Source: Candidatus Cloacimonadota bacterium (GTDB lineage Bacteria; Cloacimonadota; Cloacimonadia; Cloacimonadales; WRIO01). Taken from it: a stretch of DNA of 63,247 bases. The DNA lies in the NCBI GenBank assembly GCA_028702025.1, contig JAQVPR010000001.1, positions 1-63,247 of the forward strand. Direction: 5' to 3'. Positions within the stretch are counted from its first letter, which is position 1, and the number at the start of each line of letters is the position of its first letter. The position numbers were made by a program, and so were the translations under genes. Shown here in pieces: positions 1-7,936 of this stretch. The notes beneath the pieces are model-generated. The model made no database searches. It worked only from the letters and a program-made list of their open reading frames with translations, and had not been told where the DNA came from.

Positions 1-262
1 AATAGGGGAGATTAGGGGTTGAACCGAGAATTAGTCCTGTTGAGCAATCAATAATACCCGGAGATGCAATGCTTATACATTTTGGGTTAGGATGAAGTTC
101 TAAAAGTTCATTTAATATTTTTTTGAATAAAAGCATTAACTCGTGTATAGACTTTGAAGGATTTCTTTTTTTATTAAAATATATGAGACCTTGTTTTTGG
201 TTTCCAATGCCGTATTTTAGGAAAGTTCCGCCGAGATCAAATCCAAATATATTATTATTCAT
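1..262 (-). CDS. ROK-family sugar kinase (glucokinase-like), N-terminal fragment running off the window
   Basis: My own minus-strand translation from the ATG at 262-260 gives MNNNIFGFDLGGTFLKYGIG...ISIASPGIIDCSTGLILGSTPNLPY. This has the ROK/actin-fold DxGGT phosphate-1 motif and the PG-I-D motif. The ATG overlaps the upstream stop as ATGA. It is not in the ORF track because it is truncated by the window edge. Confidence 0.7.
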   Translation of the reverse strand, partial: MNNNIFGFDLGGTFLKYGIGNQKQGLIYFNKKRNPSKSIHELMLLFKKILNELLELHPNPKCISIASPGIIDCSTGLILGSTPNLPY

Positions 263-708
263 TTTTTTACAGTGCTTAATTGTTTATCAGGACTTTGGTT
301 TCCAAATAGTTGCCATTGTCCTTTATCATAAAAGAAATAAGCTAAATCTCCATACATTTCGGGTGTTAAGAAAGGACCGTATCTGTTGTTAGTGTCATAA
401 AAATAAATTTTTAAATATGCTGTTGCATAATCATCTTGTAATTCTATATCCAGAATTTCAATTTTTATCATACTATATAGAGTCATTCTGTCTTGCCAAT
501 CATAATAGATATTTGTTAAATTTTTGCCATCGAACAGAAAGTCTGTATGAAAGTAAGAGATTATTTTGTCAGCATTAAATTCATTAAATCCTTCTTCAAT
601 ATGTATAAGAATATCTGAAATTTGAGATTTTTGAATGTCGGACTCACTTGTGCTTGTCGAACAAGAAATTAAGACTAATGAAACAATTATTAAAATATAT
701 TTATACAT
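259..708 (-). CDS. Small lipoprotein, possibly NTF2/SnoaL-like fold
   Basis: 149-aa ORF with a lipoprotein signal (LVLISC-S lipobox). The IEEGFNEFNADKIISYFHTDFLF segment resembles the N-terminal helix of NTF2-like domains. No specific family recognised. Confidence 0.5.
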   Translation of the reverse strand: MYKYILIIVSLVLISCSTSTSESDIQKSQISDILIHIEEGFNEFNADKIISYFHTDFLFDGKNLTNIYYDWQDRMTLYSMIKIEILDIELQDDYATAYLKIYFYDTNNRYGPFLTPEMYGDLAYFFYDKGQWQLFGNQSPDKQLSTVKK

Positions 709-913
709 TTTTTTATACCTCTATAATAGTTTAAATGAGAATAGGATAAATGTCAAGTGATTTATGTGTAATAATGATTATATATTTAATTTTTTGTAAA
801 AATGTTGATTGATTATAATGATATTAGATTGAATATCAAGTGGATATTCAAAATATAAACGATGTACAATCTTTTGCAAATAAAAATAATTTTATTATTT
901 ATATCTTTTTCGC

Positions 914-942
914 TTGACAAAAAAACTCACTCTTGATAGTTG
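914..942 (+). promoter_or_regulatory. Possible sigma70-type promoter upstream of secG
   Basis: TTGACA at 914-919 within the recurrent CTTGACAAAA motif. Only a weak -10 (TAGTTG) lies 17 nt downstream. Confidence 0.3.
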
Positions 943-973
943 TGCTTTTATATCTGAATAGGAGTGAATAATT

Positions 974-1312
974 ATGATGACTCTCTTGATTGTCGTACAT
1001 GTGATAATTTGCATAGCATTAATTTTTATAGTTTTGATACAAACCGGTAAGGGTGGTTTAGATAGTAATTTCGGAGGAATGGCTACGAGTGCTTTAGGTA
1101 CTCAAGGTGCTAATGACTTTGTAAAATTATGGACAAAAATACTTTTTGCCGCATTTGTTGTTTCTTGTGTTTTGCTTGCAGGACAAGTAAAACGTAATGA
1201 TACTTATACCCCGGGAAAAAGTTTAATTCAAGATGAAGCTAAATCTGAAGTAGGTGAAACTCTTCCTGCTCAAATGCCTACAGAAGAATTACCTGTTGAA
1301 ACAGCAGAATAA
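974..1312 (+). CDS. secG: Preprotein translocase subunit SecG
   Basis: 112 aa with two TM segments and the LIQTGKGGLDSNFGG SecG signature. AGGAG RBS 8 nt upstream. A tRNA-Leu follows immediately, as in the E. coli secG-leuU arrangement. Confidence 0.9.
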   Translation: MMTLLIVVHVIICIALIFIVLIQTGKGGLDSNFGGMATSALGTQGANDFVKLWTKILFAAFVVSCVLLAGQVKRNDTYTPGKSLIQDEAKSEVGETLPAQMPTEELPVETAE

Positions 1313-1321
1313 ATGATTTTT

Positions 1322-1408
1322 GCAGAAGTGGTGGAATTGGCAGACACGCAAGACTAAGGATCTTGTTCCAGCAATGGTGTGCGGGTTCAAATCCCGCCTT
1401 CTGTACCA
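1322..1408 (+). tRNA. tRNA-Leu (class II, long variable arm), anticodon reads AAG; CCA encoded
   Basis: Manual fold: acceptor GCAGAAG/CTTCTGT, D arm GTG-GAATTGGCAGA-CAC, anticodon stem CAAGA/TCTTG with loop C-T-AAG-G-A, variable arm CCAGCAATGG, T arm GCGGG-TTCAAAT-CCCGC, then A-CCA. Confidence 0.85.
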
Positions 1409-1414
1409 AATATA

Positions 1415-1446
1415 AGAACCGTCAATTGACGGTTCTTATATTTTTA
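1415..1446 (+). terminator. Rho-independent terminator after secG/tRNA-Leu
   Basis: Perfect 10-bp stem AAGAACCGTC/GACGGTTCTT with loop AATT, followed by a T-rich run (ATATTTTTA). Confidence 0.8.
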
Positions 1447-1479
1447 TAAAATATTGGATGCACGTGATTTATGTTTTTA

Positions 1480-1505
1480 GTGTAAGCAAGATGTATGTAC
1501 AATAT
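1480..1505 (-). repeat. Degenerate copy of the GTGCGAGCA-hairpin repeat core
   Basis: The plus strand reads GTGTAAGCAAGATGTATGTACAATATT. Compare GTGCAAGCAAAGATGCTCGCACAACAATA in the 3321-3415 array. The stem is no longer complementary. Confidence 0.3.
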
Positions 1506-1621
1506 TAATCCTCAACAGTTTTAAAATGTTATAAAAGCTTATAAAAAATAATTTTATGATTTTTCTTGACAAAACAGAAAATTTTCTTATTTTTATGATA
1601 TCGTAATAATTGGAGGTGTAT

Positions 1622-2587
1622 TTGAATTCAATCATTAAGGTAATCAATCTTTGTAAAGAATATAATGGGTTTAAAGCAGTAAATAATATTAATTTTGAAA
1701 TCCAAAAAGCAGAGATATTTGGATTTTTAGGTCCTAACGGTGCCGGAAAAACTACAACAATCAATATGTTAACCGGTATGGCTAAGATTAGTTCAGGTCA
1801 AATTTTTTATAATAATCAAGATCTAACATATAAAATAAAAAAAGCTCAAAAAGTAATAGGTGTCGTTCCTGACGAAAGTAATCTATACGATGAAATGAGT
1901 GGTTTTGACAATTTATGTTTCTGTGGCTCTATTTATGGAATGAGGAAAAAAGAAAGAGAAACAAAGGCAAACCAATTACTTGAAGAATTTAAATTATTAG
2001 ATGCCCAAAACAAGAAATTCAAGGCATATTCTAAGGGGATGAAAAGAAAACTAACCATAGCCGCAGCTCTAATGCATTCACCTGAAATACTCTTTCTTGA
2101 TGAACCGACAACCGGAATTGATGTTGTCAGTGTTAGGCAAATAAGAAATCTAATTAAAGAACTAAATGAAAAAGGGACTACTATTTTTTTAACTACACAT
2201 TATATAGAAGAAGCTGAACGTCTCTGCGATAGAGTAGCTTTTATAATGGGAGGAGAAATCATCAAAATTGATTCTGTAATTAGATTAATTGATGATACTC
2301 AGACAAATAACATATTAGAAATAACTTATGAACCTTTACAATTGAATATGAAAGATTTTATAAACTCTTTGCAGATTAATTTTAATAAAATATCCGTTTC
2401 TATCAAAGATGAAACCTGTATCAAAATAATTAGTAAAGAAAAGATTGATATTAGTCCAATTATAAGCTTTTTTGCACAACATAACTTCTATATCTTAGAG
2501 GCTAAACTAATCAAACCAAGCCTTGAAGACGCTTTTGTCAAATACACAAAAATAGATATTACTCAAATGAAAAAGGAAAAAAGATGA
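1622..2587 (+). CDS. ABC transporter ATP-binding protein (ABC-2/drug-export type)
   Basis: Walker A GPNGAGKTT, signature SKGMKRKL and Walker B ILFLDEPTTGID. The track ORF starts at 1610, but a GGAGG at 1612-1616 favours the TTG at 1622. Confidence 0.85.
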   Translation: MNSIIKVINLCKEYNGFKAVNNINFEIQKAEIFGFLGPNGAGKTTTINMLTGMAKISSGQIFYNNQDLTYKIKKAQKVIGVVPDESNLYDEMSGFDNLCFCGSIYGMRKKERETKANQLLEEFKLLDAQNKKFKAYSKGMKRKLTIAAALMHSPEILFLDEPTTGIDVVSVRQIRNLIKELNEKGTTIFLTTHYIEEAERLCDRVAFIMGGEIIKIDSVIRLIDDTQTNNILEITYEPLQLNMKDFINSLQINFNKISVSIKDETCIKIISKEKIDISPIISFFAQHNFYILEAKLIKPSLEDAFVKYTKIDITQMKKEKR

Positions 2588-3315
2588 AATCAATGATTGC
2601 CTTTTGGAATATATTATCTAAAGATATGAAAAACTATTACCTTAAACCACCAAATATAAGTTGGGGTTTAATATTCCCCTTTGCATGGATTTTGATGATG
2701 TTTCTTAGAACAAAGACCTTTAATGTTGTAGAAATCTTCCCCGGAATTATTGGGATGTCGGTACTCTTTGGCACAACATCAATGCTTGCAGTTACTATTA
2801 CCTTTGAAAAAAAATCACGCTCATTTGAACGTCTCTTACTTGCACCCATATCTTTAGAATTACTAATAATGGCTAAGATTACCGGAGCGATTTTATTTGG
2901 TATATTCAATAGTATATTGCCTATTCTAATTTCTGTATTCTATTTTAAAGCAAGTATTTATAATCCTATATCTTTATTCCTCGGAGTATGTTTATTGTCA
3001 ATAATTTCAACATTATTTGGGTTATTTATTTCTGTGTCAGCCAAAGAAGTGTTTGAGGCACAGACATATTCAAATTTTTTTAGATTTCCAATGATATTTT
3101 TATGTGGTTTATTTGTGCCAATAACAACACTTCCTATCTACCTAAGAATTATATCTTATTTGTTGCCGGTTACTTATGCTATGGATTTTATAAGGTATTC
3201 TATAGATAAAAGCAATCTCATTTCAAATACATTAAGTCTTATTTTAATCTCAGTATTTTGTTTGTTATTATTTTATATCAGCATTCATAATATGAAAAAG
3301 AAATGGCTAAAATAA
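2584..3315 (+). CDS. ABC-2 type transporter permease
   Basis: 243 aa with about 6 TM helices. It overlaps the ATPase stop by 4 nt (ATGA), the typical ABC-2 membrane partner arrangement. Confidence 0.8.
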   Translation: MKSMIAFWNILSKDMKNYYLKPPNISWGLIFPFAWILMMFLRTKTFNVVEIFPGIIGMSVLFGTTSMLAVTITFEKKSRSFERLLLAPISLELLIMAKITGAILFGIFNSILPILISVFYFKASIYNPISLFLGVCLLSIISTLFGLFISVSAKEVFEAQTYSNFFRFPMIFLCGLFVPITTLPIYLRIISYLLPVTYAMDFIRYSIDKSNLISNTLSLILISVFCLLLFYISIHNMKKKWLK

Positions 3316-3320
3316 TAAAT

Positions 3321-3415
3321 GTGCAAGCAAAGATGCTCGCACAACAATACCTGAGTGCAAGCAAAGATGCTCGCACAACAATACCTGAGTGCAAGCAAAG
3401 ATGCTCGCACAACAA
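3321..3415 (-). repeat. Tandem array (2 full units plus a 27-nt partial third) of a 34-bp unit carrying the hairpin repeat core
   Basis: GTGCAAGCAAAGATGCTCGCACAACAATACCTGA occurs at 3321-3354 and 3355-3388, with a 27-nt partial unit at 3389-3415. The reverse complement contains the consensus core GTGCGAGCATCTTTGCTTGCAC. Confidence 0.95.
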
Positions 3416-3440
3416 ATATTTATTAACAAGTTTTTTAATA

Positions 3441-3467
3441 ATAAAAAAAGGAGCTTTTCAGCTCCTT
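3441..3467 (-). terminator. Rho-independent terminator of the YbgF-like gene
   Basis: Stem AAGGAGC/GCTCCTT with a 6-nt loop. On the minus strand it is followed by a T-run (plus-strand A-run at 3443-3449). Confidence 0.7.
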
Positions 3468-3485
3468 AATGATTAAAAATATATA

Positions 3486-4181
3486 TTATTGAGTGAGTCT
3501 AAGATTTTGATCAACAAGTTTCATATTTTGATATTGAGGGAAATCTCGCTTTATTGCTTGCAAAATACTTCGAGCTTGATCTTTTTTATTTTGTTGGATC
3601 CAAGTCATAGCAATTTTAAGTTGAGAATCAACAAATTTATTTGAGTTTGGATAATTTTCTTGAACATGCTGAAAAGCCATTCTTGCTGCAGAAAAATCAG
3701 CTAAGGCGTAATAAGATTCACCAATCCAATATTGAGCATTTCCTGCTAAATCATGATTGGGGGCTTGCTCAATAATTGATTGAAAGGTTCTAATTGCTAC
3801 AGGATAATCTTTAGTTTGATAATGATTTCTTGCTTCTTGGTATAAAGCAACAATATCTGTAGAGCCTTTGTCTGATGAAGCATCTACAACCGTGATTGTG
3901 GGTTTTACATAATCACGATTAGGTTGAATATTTCTTGAACCTGAGTTTGTTTCAAGAACACTGAGTCGATTATTTAAGGCTTGCAATTGATTTACTATTT
4001 GCATATCTTGTTCTTGAGTTGCTTCTGGAGTTGCACTAAATTGATTAATTAACTCTTCAAGATGGGCAATCTTCTGTTCTTGAGTTTCCAGCCTTGCATT
4101 AATATCATCAATATCTTGTTTTGTAACTGCACAGCCGGATAAAAGTACTATAATCATTAAGCTTAGAAATAAGTTTTTCAT
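3486..4181 (-). CDS. YbgF/CpoB-like lipoprotein (coiled coil plus TPR)
   Basis: Lipobox LLSGC-A, an N-terminal coiled coil (ETQEQKIAHLEELINQ) and C-terminal TPRs (AQYWIGESYYALADFSAARMAFQHVQENYPNSNK). GGAGG RBS present. No tol-pal genes adjacent. Confidence 0.55.
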   Translation of the reverse strand: MKNLFLSLMIIVLLSGCAVTKQDIDDINARLETQEQKIAHLEELINQFSATPEATQEQDMQIVNQLQALNNRLSVLETNSGSRNIQPNRDYVKPTITVVDASSDKGSTDIVALYQEARNHYQTKDYPVAIRTFQSIIEQAPNHDLAGNAQYWIGESYYALADFSAARMAFQHVQENYPNSNKFVDSQLKIAMTWIQQNKKDQARSILQAIKRDFPQYQNMKLVDQNLRLTQ

Positions 4182-4247
4182 TGTTTACCTCCACTAATGA
4201 GTTGATTATGTTCATAAACAACTTTTTGTCAAGTAAAAAAAATTTTA

Positions 4248-4276
4248 TTGACAAGATAAAATTATTAATTTATAAT
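4248..4276 (+). promoter_or_regulatory. Consensus sigma70 promoter of the sensor kinase/response regulator operon
   Basis: TTGACA (4248-4253), a 17-nt spacer, then TATAAT (4271-4276). The ATG at 4283 lies only 6 nt after the -10. Confidence 0.7.
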
Positions 4277-4282
4277 AGAGAT

Positions 4283-6523
4283 ATGAAGAAATTAGGATTA
4301 AGTCTATTAATAATATGTGTAAGTATTGTGAATTCTTATGCAACAAAAAATATATTCATTTTGCATTCCTATCGACCATCTTTAGGCTGGACAGAACAAA
4401 TGCATAAAGGATTTACAGATGTCATTAATCAACATAATGAATCTCTATTAATTGTGCAAGAGTCACTTGATATTAAAAGTAGTTACAATGCACTTAAACA
4501 AGAGGATATATATAATTATTTAAATTTAAAATATAAAGATTTTATACCTGATGTATTTTTTTGTAGCGATAACGAAGCCTTAGATTTTATTTTAAAGTTT
4601 AGAGAATCAGATAGAAATTCTCAACTTTTTACAAATAATATTCCGATTGTTGCTTGTGGGATTAATCTACAAGATAAAAATGATTATCAAAATCTACAGA
4701 ATCTTTTTATCATTCAAGAAGAAATGAGTCTTAATGAAACAATTGTCTTGGCTAAACAATTACATAAAAACAGTAGAGATTTTATCTTTCTCACAGATAA
4801 AAGCGATTATGGACTTTATCTTGAGCAAGCTATTATCAATTATTTTCAAGATTTTAATACTGACATAAATTATAAAATAATTTCAATAGAATATATTTAC
4901 GATTTAGATAATATATTTCATAAAGAGATAAAAAATTCAAGCGTAATTTTTTTACTCTGTGGACAATTAAAAATAAACGAAACAACACTTTATGATATTA
5001 CGAAAATTCCAGAACTTGTTTTAAGCAGAACTGACTTACCTATATATACATTTTGGAAAGATTATCTTTTCCCGGGTATAATGGGCGGTAAAGTTATCTA
5101 CCCCTATAACCAAGGATTAAAGGCTGCTAATATCACAAAGGGAATTCTATTTAAAAAACACCAACATACTCAAACACATATTTTTGATAGTCCAAATGAA
5201 TATTTTTTTGATTACTCTGCAATTCATAAATTTAAAATCAATAAGAAATTACTCCCCAAACAATCAAAAATCATCAATATCCCGGAAATAACTAAAGAAT
5301 ATAACCGAATAATCAAGTATCTTATTTCTTTGATAATCTTTATTTCTGCTGTAACTATCATACTTATCATTGAAAACTTCAGTCGTAAAAAAATACAAAA
5401 AGAATTACATCAATCTAAATTACTTTTTGATTTTATATCTGAACATACTGATGAAATAATCTGGTTAATGAATCAAGATAAAAAATTCTTTTTTTTAACT
5501 CCCGTAGCTGAAAAAAAGTTAGGTTATAAATTACAAGAATTAGAAAATATCAAATTTGAAGAACTACTAGAAGAATATCCTAACACATTTTATAACAATT
5601 ATATGGAAGCGGTTAATAATTTATTAAATCCTCAAAAATCAAAAGATGTTTCTTTAAAATACAACACCAAACAAGAAGAAATACTTAGATTTGAATTACC
5701 TATTAAAACCAAAAATAATGAGTTATTATGGGGCGATATAACAATAAAACTCCTACCCGGAGAAGGGAAAAATTCTTTCTGGGTATTAGGAGCAATACAT
5801 GACGTAACTAATATCAAAAAAGTTCAAAATGAATTACTCCAAACTTTAAATGAAAGAGAATTACTATTAAAAGAAGTTCATCATAGAGTAAAAAATAACC
5901 TACAGATAATAAGTACCTTAGTACAATTACAATTAGATAAATTTAATGACAAAGATTGGTATGAAACACTTCACAATATCCAAAGCAGAATACACGCAAT
6001 TTCATATATTCACCAAAAAATATACACATCTAACCACTTTTCTTTTATACGCTTTGATGAATATGTAAAGGAAATTTCCCATAAATTATGCTCTTTATAC
6101 ACCAATAAATATATTCAATTTAGCTTCGAAACGGAAGAAATAAGCATCCCTCTTGAATTATGCGTTTCTCTTGCTATGGTCTATCATGAACTCTTTACCA
6201 ATGCTGTTAAATATTCAGATTCTAACAATAAAAATCTTGATTTTAAAATAAAATTATTTAAAGAAATACTAAAACAAACAACTCAATCGACAAGCGATAA
6301 ACGTTTCAATCTTAATGATACAAGCAGTGAAGTTATTCATTTGTTTTTTAAAGATTCAGGAAAAGGATTCCCTCAAGACTTTACCTTGTCTAAAATTAAA
6401 ACTGTTGGACTGAGCTTAATTAATAACCTAATCTCAAACCTTAATGGCAGTATAAATATTTATAATGATAACGGAGCAGTTATACAAATTTCCATACCCT
6501 TAAAAGGAGTTCAAAATGCATAA
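4283..6523 (+). CDS. Sensor histidine kinase (periplasmic PBP-like sensor, TM, PAS, HisKA_2, HATPase)
   Basis: Signal/TM MKKLGLSLLIICVSIVNSYA and a roughly 330-aa extracytoplasmic domain. A second TM segment, a PAS-like region, the H-box HHRVKNNLQIISTLVQLQ (HisKA_2 type), an N-box ELFTNAVKY and a G-box DSGKGF follow. I chose the start at M35 of the track ORF. Confidence 0.8.
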   Translation: MKKLGLSLLIICVSIVNSYATKNIFILHSYRPSLGWTEQMHKGFTDVINQHNESLLIVQESLDIKSSYNALKQEDIYNYLNLKYKDFIPDVFFCSDNEALDFILKFRESDRNSQLFTNNIPIVACGINLQDKNDYQNLQNLFIIQEEMSLNETIVLAKQLHKNSRDFIFLTDKSDYGLYLEQAIINYFQDFNTDINYKIISIEYIYDLDNIFHKEIKNSSVIFLLCGQLKINETTLYDITKIPELVLSRTDLPIYTFWKDYLFPGIMGGKVIYPYNQGLKAANITKGILFKKHQHTQTHIFDSPNEYFFDYSAIHKFKINKKLLPKQSKIINIPEITKEYNRIIKYLISLIIFISAVTIILIIENFSRKKIQKELHQSKLLFDFISEHTDEIIWLMNQDKKFFFLTPVAEKKLGYKLQELENIKFEELLEEYPNTFYNNYMEAVNNLLNPQKSKDVSLKYNTKQEEILRFELPIKTKNNELLWGDITIKLLPGEGKNSFWVLGAIHDVTNIKKVQNELLQTLNERELLLKEVHHRVKNNLQIISTLVQLQLDKFNDKDWYETLHNIQSRIHAISYIHQKIYTSNHFSFIRFDEYVKEISHKLCSLYTNKYIQFSFETEEISIPLELCVSLAMVYHELFTNAVKYSDSNNKNLDFKIKLFKEILKQTTQSTSDKRFNLNDTSSEVIHLFFKDSGKGFPQDFTLSKIKTVGLSLINNLISNLNGSINIYNDNGAVIQISIPLKGVQNA

Positions 6524-7448
6524 AATCTTAATAGTTGAAGATGAATTTATTATCGGTTTCGGTATTCAACATATATTGGAGAAAAACAATTATGAAATTT
6601 GCGGTATATACAGTAAAGGTGAAGAAGCTATACAAAAAGCACTCTCTTTAAAACCTTCACTTATCCTAATGGATATAAATCTCGCCGGTGAAATTGACGG
6701 TATAGAAGCATCTGAAGAAATAAAAAAACATCTCGATATACCTATTATTTTTCTTACCTCTTATGTGGATAATATCACTGTCACACGTGCAAAAAAGTCA
6801 GAACCTTTCGCTTATCTCGTTAAACCTGTAGATTCTAAAGAACTCCTAATCACAATCGAAATGACACTCTATAAACACGAAATGCAAAAACTAATCAATG
6901 AAAAAGAAAACTGGTTTAAATCTGTTTTAAAACATCTAAGTGACGGTGTAATTGCTACTTTTAATGATTTTAGAATTAAATTTTTTAATGACGCTGCAAC
7001 GGAAATTTTCTCCAATCTTTCAGACCTACATTTCAATAACATCTTTGACTTAAATATTTACAATTATGATAGCATAAAACTTATTTCCATTGATGACTTT
7101 ATCCTTAACCAAACTAAAAACGTTAAATTTAATAATAAATTTCTTGAAATCACTGCTAATAAAATCATTAATGATAAATTTGAACTTGCAGGATATGTTT
7201 TTGTTATTAAAGATATATCTCGGAAAATTCAACTCGAAAATGAAAAAGAACAAAACCTTTCTCAACTTAGACAAGCTCTTAATGAGATACAAAAACTTAG
7301 TGATCAGTTAACTATTTGTAGCTCTTGCCAGAAATTCAAAGATGAAAACAATCAATGGCTCAAACCAATTGATTATTTTATTAACAATAAAAATATCCAA
7401 ATCTCTCAAGAATTATGTCCAAATTGTCAAAAAACAAATAGTAAATAA
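6516..7448 (+). CDS. Response regulator: receiver, PAS-like domain and C-terminal CxxC...CxxC motif
   Basis: Receiver domain (ILIVEDE, LILMDINL, KP). The middle region is PAS-like. The C-terminus is TICSSCQKFKDENNQWLKPIDYF...ELCPNCQ. It overlaps the kinase stop by 8 nt. Confidence 0.8.
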   Translation: MHKILIVEDEFIIGFGIQHILEKNNYEICGIYSKGEEAIQKALSLKPSLILMDINLAGEIDGIEASEEIKKHLDIPIIFLTSYVDNITVTRAKKSEPFAYLVKPVDSKELLITIEMTLYKHEMQKLINEKENWFKSVLKHLSDGVIATFNDFRIKFFNDAATEIFSNLSDLHFNNIFDLNIYNYDSIKLISIDDFILNQTKNVKFNNKFLEITANKIINDKFELAGYVFVIKDISRKIQLENEKEQNLSQLRQALNEIQKLSDQLTICSSCQKFKDENNQWLKPIDYFINNKNIQISQELCPNCQKTNSK

Positions 7449-7494
7449 ACAAAGTAATATTTCATTTTTTTCTATTCATATAAAGTATTAAGCT

Positions 7495-7539
7495 ATTGAA
7501 TAATAATATTGTGCGAGCTTCCTTGTTTGAGCATTAAAA
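7495..7539 (+). repeat. Copy of the hairpin repeat family (diverged 3' arm)
   Basis: ATTGAATAATAATATTGTGCGAGCTTCCTTGTTTGAGCATTAAAA shares the ATTGAATAAT...TTGTGCGAGC leader and core 5' arm with copies at 32999, 33241 and 48282. Confidence 0.7.
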
Positions 7540-7562
7540 AAAGGGAGACCAAATGGTCTCCC
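7536..7562 (-). terminator. Rho-independent terminator of the rplS operon (possibly bidirectional)
   Basis: Stem GGGAGACC/GGTCTCCC with loop AAAT. On the minus strand it is followed by T7 (plus-strand A-run at 7536-7542). Confidence 0.8.
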
Positions 7563-7570
7563 TAAAGATT

Positions 7571-7936
7571 TTATGCGTTAACTTTATTGACAACTCTTCT
7601 TCTTTCCTTAATACGGCTTGCTTTACCTTTAGCTGTACGCAAGTAGAATAACTTAGCACGACGTACGTGACCAAAGCGAACTATCTCTAATTTATTAATA
7701 AGAGGTGAATTTTGAGGGAAAATACGTTCTACGCCAACCCCATTACTAACTTTTCTAACAGTGAAGGTTTTTGAGATACCCATACCTTTTTTCTGAATAA
7801 TAATTCCTTGAAAAATTTGTATTCTTTCTTTACTACCTTCTTTAATTTTATAGTGGACTTTAACAGTATCCCCAACTCTAAATTCGGGTAAATCTGTTCT
7901 AATTTGTTCTTTCGTTGACATTTGAATGATATCCAT
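7571..7936 (-). CDS. rplS: 50S ribosomal protein L19
   Basis: [33 protein letters not shown]...RRAKLFYLR is a typical L19 sequence, in the trmD-rplS synteny. Confidence 0.95.
   Translation of the reverse strand: MDIIQMSTKEQIRTDLPEFRVGDTVKVHYKIKEGSKERIQIFQGIIIQKKGMGISKTFTVRKVSNGVGVERIFPQNSPLINKLEIVRFGHVRRAKLFYLRTAKGKASRIKERRRVVNKVNA

Noticed and set aside
123-392. 89-aa plus-strand ORF in the track
   Set aside because: It overlaps, antisense, the ROK kinase fragment (1-262) and the lipoprotein gene (259-708). It has no RBS and no recognisable domain.
1477-1764. 95-aa minus-strand ORF overlapping the ABC ATPase start
   Set aside because: It is antisense to the Walker A region of a well-supported ABC ATPase and extends over its promoter region. 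It is a typical shadow ORF.
3321-3415. Possible small CRISPR array (regularly spaced 26-nt palindromic repeats)
   Set aside because: The intervening 8 nt (ATACCTGA) are identical between units, so there are no unique spacers. The period is only 34 bp and no cas genes are present. It is a plain tandem duplication of the dispersed hairpin element.
4181-4282. N-terminal 34-aa extension of the sensor kinase ORF
   Set aside because: The extension contains the consensus TTGACA-17-TATAAT promoter and begins 1 nt from the divergent gene's start codon. The signal/TM sequence begins at M35.
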